A stretch of 64,000 nt of DNA from Phoronis australis (lineage: Eukaryota > Animalia > Phoronida). The translations under genes were made by a program, and so were the position numbers. Within the stretch, counting starts at the first letter, position 1. Every line of letters begins with the position of its first letter. A model generated the notes under the pieces. That model worked only from the letters and a program-made list of their open reading frames with translations. It did not search any database and was not told the origin of the DNA. Shown here piece after piece: positions 26,831-38,668 of the stretch. The stretch covers positions 62,001-126,000 of the forward strand of contig NMRA01000420.1 of the NCBI GenBank assembly GCA_002633005.1, given 5' to 3'.

Positions 26831-27378
26831 CCGGTTCTATAGTGTTATTGAACTACCTCGTCTGTCACTATAGAAGCACTGTCCGTGGATGTGCGTGTAA
26901 CACGGTAGACTGGGGCAAGACAACTACTCTGAGGCTGTGTCAGCAGATGATACGGTCGTTTGGTAGTCCGACCGTGCAGCAGGGATGAAGCAATTTTTCA
27001 GGAAAATATTGTTGTTGTAGAGCATAAAGCATCTACGAAAACATTTCTAGTGGTCAGTTGACCATCTCAGTCATCGGTCAGTACCATACTAATTTGGGTC
27101 GAAGAATACACACAACCTTCCAATCTGTAGATTCAGTGGGTAATAATCACTTACAGTTGTTCCGCATTTTAAGGGCCAATTTTCTACTGAAATAACAGAC
27201 ATCAAACTAGTTCTCAAAATGCGGGACCCCTCGCTGACAGCGGCTGCCGACCCAACGAGTTCACATGGTTAGAGACATCTAGCGGTAACTGTTAACATGA
27301 GAGCAGGCAACACTAATCCGCGTCTGCAGTCACTGTGGGTGTCTTGATCTCATTAGGTATAGAATCAACGCATGGGAG

Positions 27379-27620
27379 CATGCGCGCAACCAGCCTAAAA
27401 TATAGGGGGACTCGAATTTTTCGGTATGGGGACCTTTTACTGAAAAAAATTAACGAGCACTAAAAAAAGAACCGGCCCCATGAGGTTCAGGCCTACAAAT
27501 TGTGCATCCGCGGCGAATTCATGTAGACTTTGTGGACTTTTGTCTCGTTTGCTCGGACTTTGTGTTTCGTTAATGCGAACCTTTTTGCCCAATTCGCCAA
27601 AGGTGCTGGGTGTGCCCATG
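27379..27620. mobile_element. MITE family with CATGCGCGCACCCAG TIRs, copy 1
   Basis: CATGCGCGCAACCAG...CTGGGTGTGCCCATG; flanks gggag/ggaag; internal sequence matches 61607-61834. Confidence 0.75.
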
Positions 27621-29345
27621 GGAAGTGACATTAGTATTCAGGCTCTTATTATTGCAAAATATTGATTGCCCTTATTGATATATTAGAGTTTGAGGAAGAA
27701 ATTAAGAGGTGTGCAAAAGCGCTTTGTGACCCAATGGTTGACAAGAAAATGGAGCTCTAAAAACACAGAAAGAAGGAAACGTGCTGTAGATGAAACGTCG
27801 ATACTCGATATCTAGGCTTACTGTTAACAGCAGAAGACAAAGTGAAACATCAACACCACATACAGCGGCATCTTTAGAAAGTACATTATGACATGGGCGT
27901 TATTTTAGAGATTTTATGTGCGGAGATTTTTTAAGTTGCTGGACCAGAGTTTTGGGAAAGACGGTTAAAATTCAAATTGAAGCGATTTTTGTATGTTATA
28001 AATCGGATCCAGGCACAAAAAAATCTCAAAGCCCCGTGCCCTTGCGTTTTCTTACAATAATCGCGGAAAATTCAAGCCGTGTCCTCCAGGAAAGTCTGAA
28101 GCACTGACAACCAAATGTGAACGATCTGTTTTGTGGAAAAATCAAACCTTGCGAAAACTCGATAACAATTCAAAGCCAAAAAAAATGCAAAAAGCAAGGA
28201 TTCGGAACACAATGACCACAGCCGGTAAGAAGGAATTCATTGATTGTTTCTACCTGTATTCACCATTTGACGCGGCAACAAAAATGGCTTGACCATTTCT
28301 GGTAAACGTGGCAATAGAATTTGGAGAGATAATGGTTTCCCAGACTTCGCTAGAAGTCCATTGCTTTTGTGGAGATGTGTATGTTGGCATTGGTTTTTGG
28401 TTGACGATGATTAACTGCAAGACAGGTGTGTTTTGTCAATCTGCTGTTTCATCAACTGTATGCGTCGTGTATCGTGATATGATCACCAGACAACAAACTT
28501 CATCTTCATTCGAACTCAATACATAACACAAAGAAATAAAAATTTATTCAAAGAGAAAAGGCTCTCAAAGATGCAACAAAACCACGCCCCCTGTCAACAA
28601 AGCAAGCTCTGGTTTGGGCCACTTACCGCTACAAAATCGGCCTCATTTTGTTCCTTACTAAGATTGGAACTAATTTCGAAAGAAGAAATGACAGCCTATT
28701 GTTGCGTCAGACCAGTTTCGTGTCACGACAGTTTAGCTTCAGCCATCAAAGCAGTAATTAGGCTGCCAAATTAATTCTAGACGTTTTATTGTAAACAAAT
28801 TTAAAGGGATACCAAACCCTGTTTTGGTGATGTCACCCAGTCCTCGTTCTGTCCCCTGGTAATAACTGATCATCGAATGAAGTATTCATCTAAAACACAT
28901 ACTCATTGTATCACCAAATGTTTATTGCGGTTCTTAAAGGCTGTCCTTTCCTTATGGTTGTCGTGCAACTCGCTTAAACCGTAGGTCACGCTTGCCCGTT
29001 CACTTTGTTAGGAGCTTTAAAAGTTTTGCTCCAAATATTTAAAGGTTGACGAGGGTTACAAAGCATTATTTTAGTGTAGAAATCTGGATGGGAAAATTGT
29101 TAAAATATCTGGCCAAAAATGCTGTACAACGTGACAACGCTATTTTATTGTTGGAGAAAAGTTTTTATGTGTCGCCAAAACATGAGTTATAGATGCTTAG
29201 TTGATTAGGTCCAGATAAACTTATTGTTGAAACAGACGCGATAGGACAAAAATTTCACGCAATATGTGCTTTTTGGCGTGAATTTGATATTGCAGTTAAA
29301 AAACCATTTCATTTGTTGAATGAAACGTCTCGCATCGCTTTCAAA

Positions 29346-30315
29346 ACAAACAGCAACTGAACGCAAAACGCTGAAATGCGCCCACGAATATACCGCAAAT
29401 GATGTTTCTAGCCCAATGTTAGTAGGATTAAAAATGGCCACTAGGTGGTGCAGAATGTGTCAGACCGTCTCGGAAAACGGGAGAGGCTGACTGCCTTTCT
29501 AACAGAAACCCACTTGCCAAATTTCGTAAAAATCATCCCAGAAAATCCGACCATACAAAGGCAAACGTAAAAATAGTACGAGGCAAAGCGGAAGTTGGAT
29601 CCGTCACACAGACGTTCATTGTCATCTGTTGCCACACACTCATATTTCACACATACACCAAACCTGTAAGAGGCTTAGGAGGTAAAACTGTGGATGCAAA
29701 CAAATTACAAAATTGCGCCTAGGATGCGTCACAGCAGTGGGACCCGTCCGAAAATCAAAGTCAGTCGTGCTGATGTCAATAGGAAAATTGAGCAGCTAGT
29801 TATACGGATAGTGAGACTGACTAAATAATAATTAAAATGGCCGCCGGGCGGCGCAGAATACGTCTAATCCGTCCGAAAATAAGAAAGACGTTGGCGTCCC
29901 TTTAATAAAAATATATTTGTCAAATTTCATGACATATCAAGGAACTCCGAAGATACAGAGGTAAACGCAAATACTTAAAATTACAACTAGGGGTGCAGCA
30001 GTAGTCACACCATGGTTCCCATGTCTCACACTGCCGCTTAGGTGCGACACAGTAGCCAAACCCTCCCGGAAATCAACGTCAGTCGTGGCCTTCTCAGCAG
30101 GAACACGAAATCTTCAGTTTCATAACTGGAGCGGTTTGGTAGATAAAGAGACGGGCGCCAAATAGTAAAATAATAAAAATTGCCGCTAGGTGGCACAGAA
30201 TACGTCGAATCCATCCAAAAGTGGGAATTCGTCATCGTCAGTCTTAACAGAAACTTATTTGCCAAATTTTATGAAAAGCGGTCAAGGAACTCCGAAGATA
30301 CAGAAACAACCCACT
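29346..30315 (-). mobile_element. Oppositely oriented copy of the same Helentron-like element (5' end not seen)
   Basis: GAAATGCGCCCACGAAT (29373-29389) is the exact reverse complement of 31371-31387. Units beginning AAAATGGCC(A/G)CTAGGTGG..CAGAAT at about 29431, 29834 and 30176 match the reverse complement of 30790-30960. Confidence 0.6.
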
Positions 30316-30634
30316 ATGAGGGAGTACAGCGGTAGTCGGAATAGTCCGCAATTTTTCATCATCTGGCGTCCGTCAACTTCGTGGAAACAGATCTGGCAAA
30401 TCTCACTACACTCGATCGTGAACGGGGTTTAGCACTAGATACGAGCAGCGAACGCCCGTTGTCAACTTCGACAAATTTAAAAGTAAACAAAAATATTTCC
30501 AAATAACGCTCACTGAACATAAAACCATTATTTTCAAAATAAACAAAATTTCAAAAAATTAAAATCTAATTTTTGAATTCCTGGTGAGGCATCTAGGAAG
30601 TGGACGCCACAGTTGTGAGTGCTACTAAAATTCA

Positions 30635-31408
30635 TTTTTATGCGCCTACATATTCATATGTGGGTGCATATTGCCGTCATCTTTGTCTGGCGTGCGGCGT
30701 CCGCGGCTGTATTTCCTAAACCCCTTGCAGGATCTTATTGAAATTGGGCAGGTGTGTTCCTATAGGGTTGACAACAGACGGTGACGAGAATACCGCTAGT
30801 GGCAATTTTAGTTTTTGAACGTTTGCCTATATATCTTCAAATGTCCTCAACCGATTTTCATGAAATTTGGCACATAGGCATCTATTAATGAGATGACGCT
30901 ATCCTTCCGTTTTCAGATAGATTTCGAGGAATTTTGTGCCATCTAGTGGCCATTTTTATTATTTCCGAGTCTGTTTTTTGGCGTCCGCCCCTCTATCATC
31001 CAAACCACGTACTCTAAGGAAGATTGTGGAAATTGGTTTATATGTTCTTTCTACGAAAAGGACGGTTGACGATGATTTTCCGACGACTTCGACTCCTGTG
31101 GCGACTCCTAGTGGCAGTTTTTTGCGCCCATAGCTGTATCTCTTATAGTCCTCTGCAGGATCTTTATTAAATTTGTCACGTATATTTATATGAAGTTGAC
31201 AACGGAAGACGAAGACTTTCAGACGAATCCGACGAACACTGTGCCCTCTAGTGGAAATTTCATTTTTTTCCATTTTCCTCTGTTTCTCTGAAGTTCCTTG
31301 GCGGATTTTCTTGAAATGTGGTAAATAGCTTTCTGTTAAAGAAACAGTGACATTTTCCCGTTTACGGTGCATTCGTGGGCGCATTTCAACGCTCCGCGTT
31401 GCTCTTGT
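30635..31408 (+). mobile_element. Non-autonomous Helentron-like (HINE/DINE-1-type) element with internal repeats of about 150 bp
   Basis: 5' TTTTTATGCGCC plus hairpin CCTACATAT..ATATGTGGG, GGCGTCCG-type microsatellite remnant, diverged 140-165-bp units, subterminal GGGCGCAT, and 3' stem-loop CAACGC-TCC-GCGTTG followed by CTCTTGT. Confidence 0.6.
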
Positions 31409-34145
31409 CAGTAATATCTTTGTCGGAGACCGGCGAATACAAAGGAAAGGGCATTTTTGAATTGAAAAAGAAAATGAACATTTTCGGAAGAGAAATTCTA
31501 ACCTAAAATCACTGATGTTGTGTTACCACTGTAGGTCACGTAATTTTAAAAATGTCAGAAGTGCACGTGATCTTGTTGTATTCGGTATAATTATGCATAC
31601 AACCTGGCTGTTACATTCGTATAATTAGGAATCACATTTGGCAAAAACACTAGAAAGTTTCAGTCATTTAAGAATAAGTTGTTTTGGGCAAAAAATGCGG
31701 TACGGAATGTAGGAGGTCATTGTTCACAGATCACGACACTCCCTGGTGGCCTGCTGAGGAGAATCGACGAGGAGTTCATCGGATTCATACAAGAGTTCAA
31801 ATTTGACTGGCATAAACATACGACCAAGGTCATCGCAGGACTGGAAAATGTGTCACCTTTCATTAAAACACAAAACAATTAATGAATGAAACATAATAAT
31901 TTTGATGTTTTCAAACAATAACACACATTTTACCTATTGGAGTAACTGGGGATAAAAACTGCTTATTAAGGTGACACAGTGGCCAACAGTGAAGCATGAA
32001 CAAAATGCCCGAAGTTGAACAGAATTGAACAAATTCATCTGAGAACACTTCAACAGTTCATCGGGGACTTTTCATACAAAATATTTCGATTTTCATGAGC
32101 GAGTGTGTTTTTCTTTTGATTTCATTTTTCGTTTCCAATGAGAGAGATTACTCCGCCGACGTGATTCGACTCTTCCCCTCTCTGTCTTACATACACTTAG
32201 ATTAGCTCATTGCTTTTTTCACATCGATTTTCATCTGCATTATACACCGCCCATTTTACGGTGCACAATAACTAAGCAGCTGATAAGATCGCAACCTCGA
32301 TGTCACTTAACTTTCATTGGAAGCCTCTGTAAAGAATCGGGGATTTATAATAAAATCACTCAACACATATTGTTTAATGTTCACAGGCCTGGACAAAGTT
32401 AATAATTTCAGTCAGTAGACCAATCCTGAAAGTCCTCTAATATAACCCCAAAAATGCGGAAAATGATTTTTGTCGGACGTGAAACCGATTGTGATAATTC
32501 TCCCGGTGACGTAGACAGCGGCTAGCCAATAAGCTTAACCGTTCTTTACATTTGGTAATTTATGGTACTAGTGTTCTCAGGGCGATGTTCTTAACATACT
32601 GCAGTGGGGGAACCAAATTTAGGTGTCACCGTTCAAGATGGGCTTTAAAATACATGGGATTGTTGTTGGGAGTGATAGACTCCTTGAAGTTATAACCTTT
32701 GACCAGGACTATAAAAACAACAAACTCCGTCTTTGTGACTCTATTACGAATCGACAATTCTCGTCGTTGGGAGACGGCCAGTTATTGAATGGGATTCACC
32801 TCCCCTACAAATCGTTGGACCGCGACCGCCAAGGTCGTGTGCTCGATTCTGCCTTGAAGCTGATTTAAAAAAAACTTGTCTTACCACCGATTATGTTGCT
32901 TTAACTTGTGTGCATCGGAGAGATCTTCAACCATTTTGTGGGTCCGTGATAAGCGCGTGTTCCATGAACTTATGATAAAAACGCACCCAAAATTGGACAC
33001 TGTGGCCTAATACGTAATATATTCTTGTCCATTTTGTATATAATATACGTATCATATTTAAATTGAAAAGGATCACGTATATTAACACTTACAAATATGC
33101 ATATTTGCTGTAATATAAACAAAGCTTTATTGTTAAATACAAAATGATTCTGTGAAATTTTAATGTACATGCACATGTTCTTGACTCATAAAACTGTCTA
33201 AAATCCGATTTTGAAATTTGTCTAAGGGGTTGACGAGTTAGGCGTATTACGGGCCGTCTGATAATAAAAAATTCAATGTGAACGATGATGCTAATAAGTT
33301 TCATTCCAATACTGTTTTGGTCCCTGGCCATACAAAGTACATAGAATGCTTGAGAACGTTACATGCTCTGTTTCTTCGTCTATTTTCAAAGTATTTAAAC
33401 ATATAGAACAGCTTTTCTCCAAGTGCAGTTAACCAGAAAATTAACCATCACAAGTTTACAACTATTTAGACCCAGATGGAAAATCCAGGCGATGCTGTGT
33501 CCATCCATCAGAACAGGTCAAGGGAGAGTACTTTTAATGTCAGGATTTACACACCTGCACGCTTCAGCAGGCTGCATCTGGAGATCATCAAACCTATCAG
33601 TCAAAAACATTGGAGGTACAGCTTCCGGTGGGACAGGCCAAACCGTACCCTCTGACACAGCGCCACCTATACTGCAAAGTTTAGCACTGTGACAGAGTGT
33701 AGCCAAACCGAAGGTGTTTTCAGGTGACTGTTGGACTGTACACTTAACCGCTGGTTTCTAAAATAAAGCTGAACCTAACGCTATACAGCATAAAATTATG
33801 GTATTATTTAGAAAGCACATATGTAACAAGTATTCTAAAATGGCAGATATTTTACAAGTATTTACAAAAAATTCACAGGAATAATTACAGGAATGTATAT
33901 TTATCTAAACAATAGTTCCTTGTTACAGCAATATTCATGATCCCTAGTGGATCAGAATTATTGCCGTCATGCTTTGCCTCAATCCACACACAAGAGAAAA
34001 TGATGCCATTCTCAAAACTGTTCTGTTCACAAACAGTTGCGTAGAAAACCAATGTTTGATTGTGACACCATCTCCGCAGTGTAGCACACAGTCACTGGTC
34101 CAGCGCGTGACGTGTTCCCAGTATGCACCACGAGCGCTCATCTCG

Positions 34146-34508
34146 TTATGCTGTGGGTACTGACAGCGCATTCTTCGCTTGTTGTCCTGTGACAGCAAAC
34201 TCAAACAGATGGGACTTTCCATCGCTCTCATACATTTCTCGAGATCTTTTCAAGTACACCAACAGTGCGATTCCACCAGCTAACAGAGCCAGCGCACCCA
34301 CACTACCAATAACGATCAAAATTATCGCTTTCCAGTCTTCATCAATTACATAACATCTGTCGTAGCCAGAAAATGTGTTAAATTTTCTATAGTCTTCCCC
34401 AAAACATTTTATTCCTGTCTCCAGACATACTGCAACCAGAACAATACCACCAAAAAAGAGCACCACTCCGCCCACGTAGCCTAGCAAAGGCTTCGCCTGG
34501 AACGTCAT
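34146..34508 (-). CDS. Uncharacterised small two-TM membrane protein A (120 aa)
   Basis: Strong acceptor tgtttttttattgcag| (exon starts 34542), ATG 34 nt later. MTFQAKPLLGYVGGVVLFFGGIVLVAVCLETGIKCF...DRCYVIDEDWKAIILIVIGSVGALALLAGGIALLVYLKRSR...: two hydrophobic helices, Cys-containing loop, basic stop-transfer. Candidate upstream donors CAG|GTAAGT near 35727 and 35848. Motif shared with the 38669 ORF. Confidence 0.72.
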   Translation of the reverse strand: MTFQAKPLLGYVGGVVLFFGGIVLVAVCLETGIKCFGEDYRKFNTFSGYDRCYVIDEDWKAIILIVIGSVGALALLAGGIALLVYLKRSREMYESDGKSHLFEFAVTGQQAKNALSVPTA

Positions 34509-34579
34509 CGTAGAGGCTAGTCTCTGAGCATCTGGGGTTGAACTGCAATAAAAAAACAGACATTGCTGTTTACACTGCC

Positions 34580-34738
34580 CAGTGCTGTAGTGGGGCGTAG
34601 GCGCACGTAGGCGCAGCCAATCACATTTTGGCATTTGAACATAGCGCCTACGCACCGTAAGTTACACATAGTAAGTACTCAAGGGGATACGGTGGGCTTT
34701 GGGCGCCTACTTACCTCTAATTTACCACTGCAGCACTG
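34580..34738. mobile_element. hAT-type MITE, copy 2 (intron just upstream of the gene A coding exon)
   Basis: Same TIRs and internal GGGGCGTAGGCGCA...GGGCGCCTACTTA as 13037-13237; degenerate TSD acactgcc/aaactgtc. Confidence 0.8.
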
Positions 34739-37700
34739 AAACTGTCATGTCAATTGTGATGGATATTGTTACTGTATTGTAAGATTTGTTTAAAAACCAG
34801 CTCTATCCATAAATAAATCCATGACAAATTATATCAAAAGCGCCTGCAATCATTCGTATCCGTCTCGATAAATGTGCTTTAGTGCTTTTATCCCGATTTC
34901 AGCGAATGTCTGACAGACAGCGTCGAGGAATTGTTGATTTATAATAACATAACAAAAATACAAGTCAATGTATTTTGTTTTTCATAGCTGTGGTCAAGGA
35001 ACGGACAGTGTAAGACGAAAAACTGACGTGTGACATATCTGACTTGATTGTATTAAACATGTGTAGATCCACGCAACTTATTCTCAACAATAGACTACCC
35101 GGTATCCGTTCTTTTTAGCTTAGCTTTGGCTTGGCGAGAAATGTAGCCAAAACCAGAAACGGATCTAGGATAACATAAAAGGGGGGCCCATCATGTTGCC
35201 TCGGGGAATTGGGCAAAGCGCGATTGTACGCACAGGCGGGCCGAAGCAGAAAGTTGCGGGGGCCGGGGATGTGCACTTCATGTTCTATCGGAAAACAAAG
35301 CATCGTGGCGAACGTGGTAACATCTAATGTGTTCTCCTTTTACACATACAATTGTCGAAAATAGTGCACTTATGAGGAACACGAAACTACGTAAGGCCAA
35401 GACAAAAGGTGTCGTTTCCTGGTGTACCTTCATTTTGAATGTAGGGTCTGACCATCTGGCTTCAGAAACGCACTTGGCACTAGTCATCAGTCAGCGGCAA
35501 AGACAATTAATTAGGATCCATATTTTGTAAATCAGTGAAAGCTTAAATTTCAGACCTAGCATACAAGTTACGATATTCTAGCCGAGCAGTTTCACTGTAA
35601 GACGTAGTAATGTAGGTCATCTAATGTAGGTTTTGTCTTGCCTTAATTCATTTTGCTACATGATGTAATTTGAACCAAATTGTTTTATCCCCTCACCCTT
35701 TTTCCGCGCAAAGCCACTTAACTTACCTGTTACCACTAAATGGTGGTTTTTGACGTTTTGGTGCAAATCTGTGTGCAACTGGTCGACTTAGCTATGGCGG
35801 TTGATGACCTAGTTTGACAAAGGTATCGTCATCGCGCAAATACTTACCTGTACAGTCATAGCAGATCACGTTTTTAAGGGGGGAGAAAAGAAAAATACGA
35901 GATCGCCACTGTTGTTTCTCAGTTCAAACATTTGAAGCTCATAAACGAATCTTGTGAATCCAAACATAAAAAATTTATCGATAACTATTCATGCGGTGTG
36001 CATATTAAATGTACGCTGTAAAGTTTTAAATATTGCTGGACATCATAGTTCTTTTCAATTGCTCTCCAAGCACAGGTACTTTGTCCGTCTATGTCGCATG
36101 AAATCGTGTTTGGCGGTTGACGTCGGGAGCGATCATTGTGGTTATGTCCGTTTTAAAGATTTCATAAAATAAGCAGAAAATTATAGCTGCGTTTACAGGT
36201 TTTGTTCAACAGGTAAAGTGTGCAAGTTTATTTCAACGATTCCGAATGTGCAGAGCGCGTGTTGCTGTGAACTATAGTTTTTAAATTGCTAGAGAGGCTT
36301 CCCTCGTCACAGGAAGTCGTAGGAAACGGGTCACTTTGGTTTAGAAGGTTGTTTGTAAGTGACCATCTTTCGTTTTATTTGTCGTACGTTGGTGTTACAT
36401 GTTCAATACTGTTGAGAGGTAGGTAAAGGCATTGGTGTTCGCTCTCACTCACCTTTGTGTATAGCTAAAATGGGAGGATTTTCTACTGCGCTTCTTGTAA
36501 TATGCTGTGAAAAAAGTAGGTCATCCTGTTCACATTGACTCACCTGTCTAGTCCGACATCATTGTGACCGTATTCCAATGATTACGATCGCCAAGTAGGT
36601 GGTCTTCTGCCTGCTGGTAAAAAAGCAACAACAACAGCAACAACAACAAACCATTAGTCTGCTGAAAATGTATAAGTAGGTAAGCCGAAGTAGCACTTTG
36701 ACATCCCATTTGTTTTTGTCACTGAAGATTTATATTGTGAATCCTAACCAGTGCTAACCCTGACTTCACCCTGACGTATAGTTTTTTGGTAGCAAAATGA
36801 TGTGGGAATCACTAGCTGACATATCATTACTGAACAGAAGTATTTTGTCCCCAGGGTTATTCAGTAAAATGGTCTATAAGTCCCTGCATAAGTTTTGTAC
36901 TAGGAAAGTTTTTCTAAGTAGTGCAGGTGGTTACATTAGTAGTGAGTGTACTCCCTTGAGTTTTTTGTGTTTCATTCATTATTACTGAGTGACGGGGTCC
37001 CGCGACCACTGCTTTTCACTCAAGATTGAAGGGACATTATTGTTTTTACTACAGAGAAACGCATCAATAAAATCCGTTGTTTCTTGGTGATTTTATGCCA
37101 GTTCTCGTCATTCACAAAACATCTACTGAAATCAGGGCAGGCAACTAAACATGCATAAAATATTTTGCCCTTTATCCAGTGGAATTAGGTCTGCAGTCAC
37201 AGGAACTAAGTTTCCAGACCACTCCTGCGCATTCAACTGAGAGAGTCTATTTGCCAGTGTCATTTATTGCAGCGGTTTGTTTTTGAATTTTTGCATTAAA
37301 TTAGTAGTAAACTAAACTATTAGTTAAAACCCAACTCCAAATTTACACATTACAGTAGATCACCCAAGAAACTAAAAATGCAAGAAAAATGCCACTACAA
37401 GGTTGTAGTGAAGCCTGAACTTACAAAAATTTGTAATTAGTGAACAAGACCCACTTACTCTACTGTTTTCTGTAAACGAGGGCTTCAAGGATCTTCTGCG
37501 ATGTGAGCCTTGTCTCCAAGGGAAACTTATTTTCTATGACACTGCTAGCACAACATTGGAATATGACAGCAGGGGTTGTAGGTTTGATTCCGTGCTGGGA
37601 CTGATCTCAGAATATCACATTTCTCACCCATGTCTCATTTAAAGAAGAAAACTGACCAATTACACAGCCAGCTTACAGAAAAGTTTCGTGCGACACGTTT

Positions 37701-37768
37701 TGTCAATTTTTTGGTTGAGCGTGAAGTAAAACTTGACAGTCAGATGGTGATTTCTTGTTGTATTGCAG

Positions 37769-37834
37769 GTTATTCCTGAAGAGGCGTACTCAGATTCTAG
37801 TACTCACCAGTGACCTCTGGTGCATGTTTACAAG
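37769..37834 (+). other. Putative 66-nt non-coding 5' UTR exon of gene B
   Basis: Acceptor ttcttgttgtattgcag| and donor AAG|GTAATC. It has a TGA in the frame of gene B, consistent with ATG 38669 being the start. Confidence 0.45.
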
Positions 37835-38668
37835 GTAATCACTAGATGGCGCACCAGGGCTGCAGAATCAACATTTCAGCGACACATGTAGCTGAACAGA
37901 AAAACAATTATTTGGATAAAAATGTTTTCACATATAATACTCTTTGTGTCAACGTGCCATCACTTTAATAAAAACTTATTTGAAAAAAATTTAACAGTAT
38001 TGCACCCGTATTGAGTCAAAGTTTTAAAATATGTCCTTATCTGTAGGTGCTAGTGTGGTTGAATTTCCTACCAAAATGCTTTAATTAAAGTAGTATCATG
38101 TTTCTATTCAGAAAACCCATTTATTTAAGATTCTATGCAAGCAAAAGAAAAAGATGTTTTGAACGATTTATTTAATCAATGTTATTCTTTAATACCTTAC
38201 ACCAGGTGTCACTGTGCTAAATATGCAATAAGATGTACACACCAAAAATAAACAAAATGGACCTTAAAGTCCCCATCATGACGGCCGAGTCCACGTGGAA
38301 TTCTCTTATATGATGGCTGAATTCAAAGGGAACTCACCACCAGAACAGCAGGAGTGACCAGTCGTACCTATTTCTGGTCTTACCTATGTTGGTCCTTATC
38401 GGTCAATGACAAGGAAACATATTTTTTCTGATAATTTTTGTACCCTCTGTGTTTAATGACATTGTGTCAGAAGACGATGTTTCAGACATATTTAAATGTT
38501 AAGTACCAACTCACAAAAGCATAATATCTTTGAAAATATTTTCACCGTGCCAAGGAAATTTGCTCCATGTTTGAAAACAAGCGTGGCTGTTTGTAGTTTT
38601 GTTTGAGTACTTAATTTGGCTTTTTATACATTTGTTTGTAGGTGACTGGCGCACAAAATTCATTGACT

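Noticed and set aside
34509-34655. N-terminal extension of the 169-aa ORF (MRRRYVQMPK...)
   Set aside because: It starts at a non-ATG codon inside a MITE and crosses a strong splice acceptor.
37560-37620. tRNA-like B-box (GGTTTGATTCC); similar traces near 1180-1235 and 52480-52830
   Set aside because: No cloverleaf can be built; probably decayed tRNA-derived SINEs, too degenerate to call.
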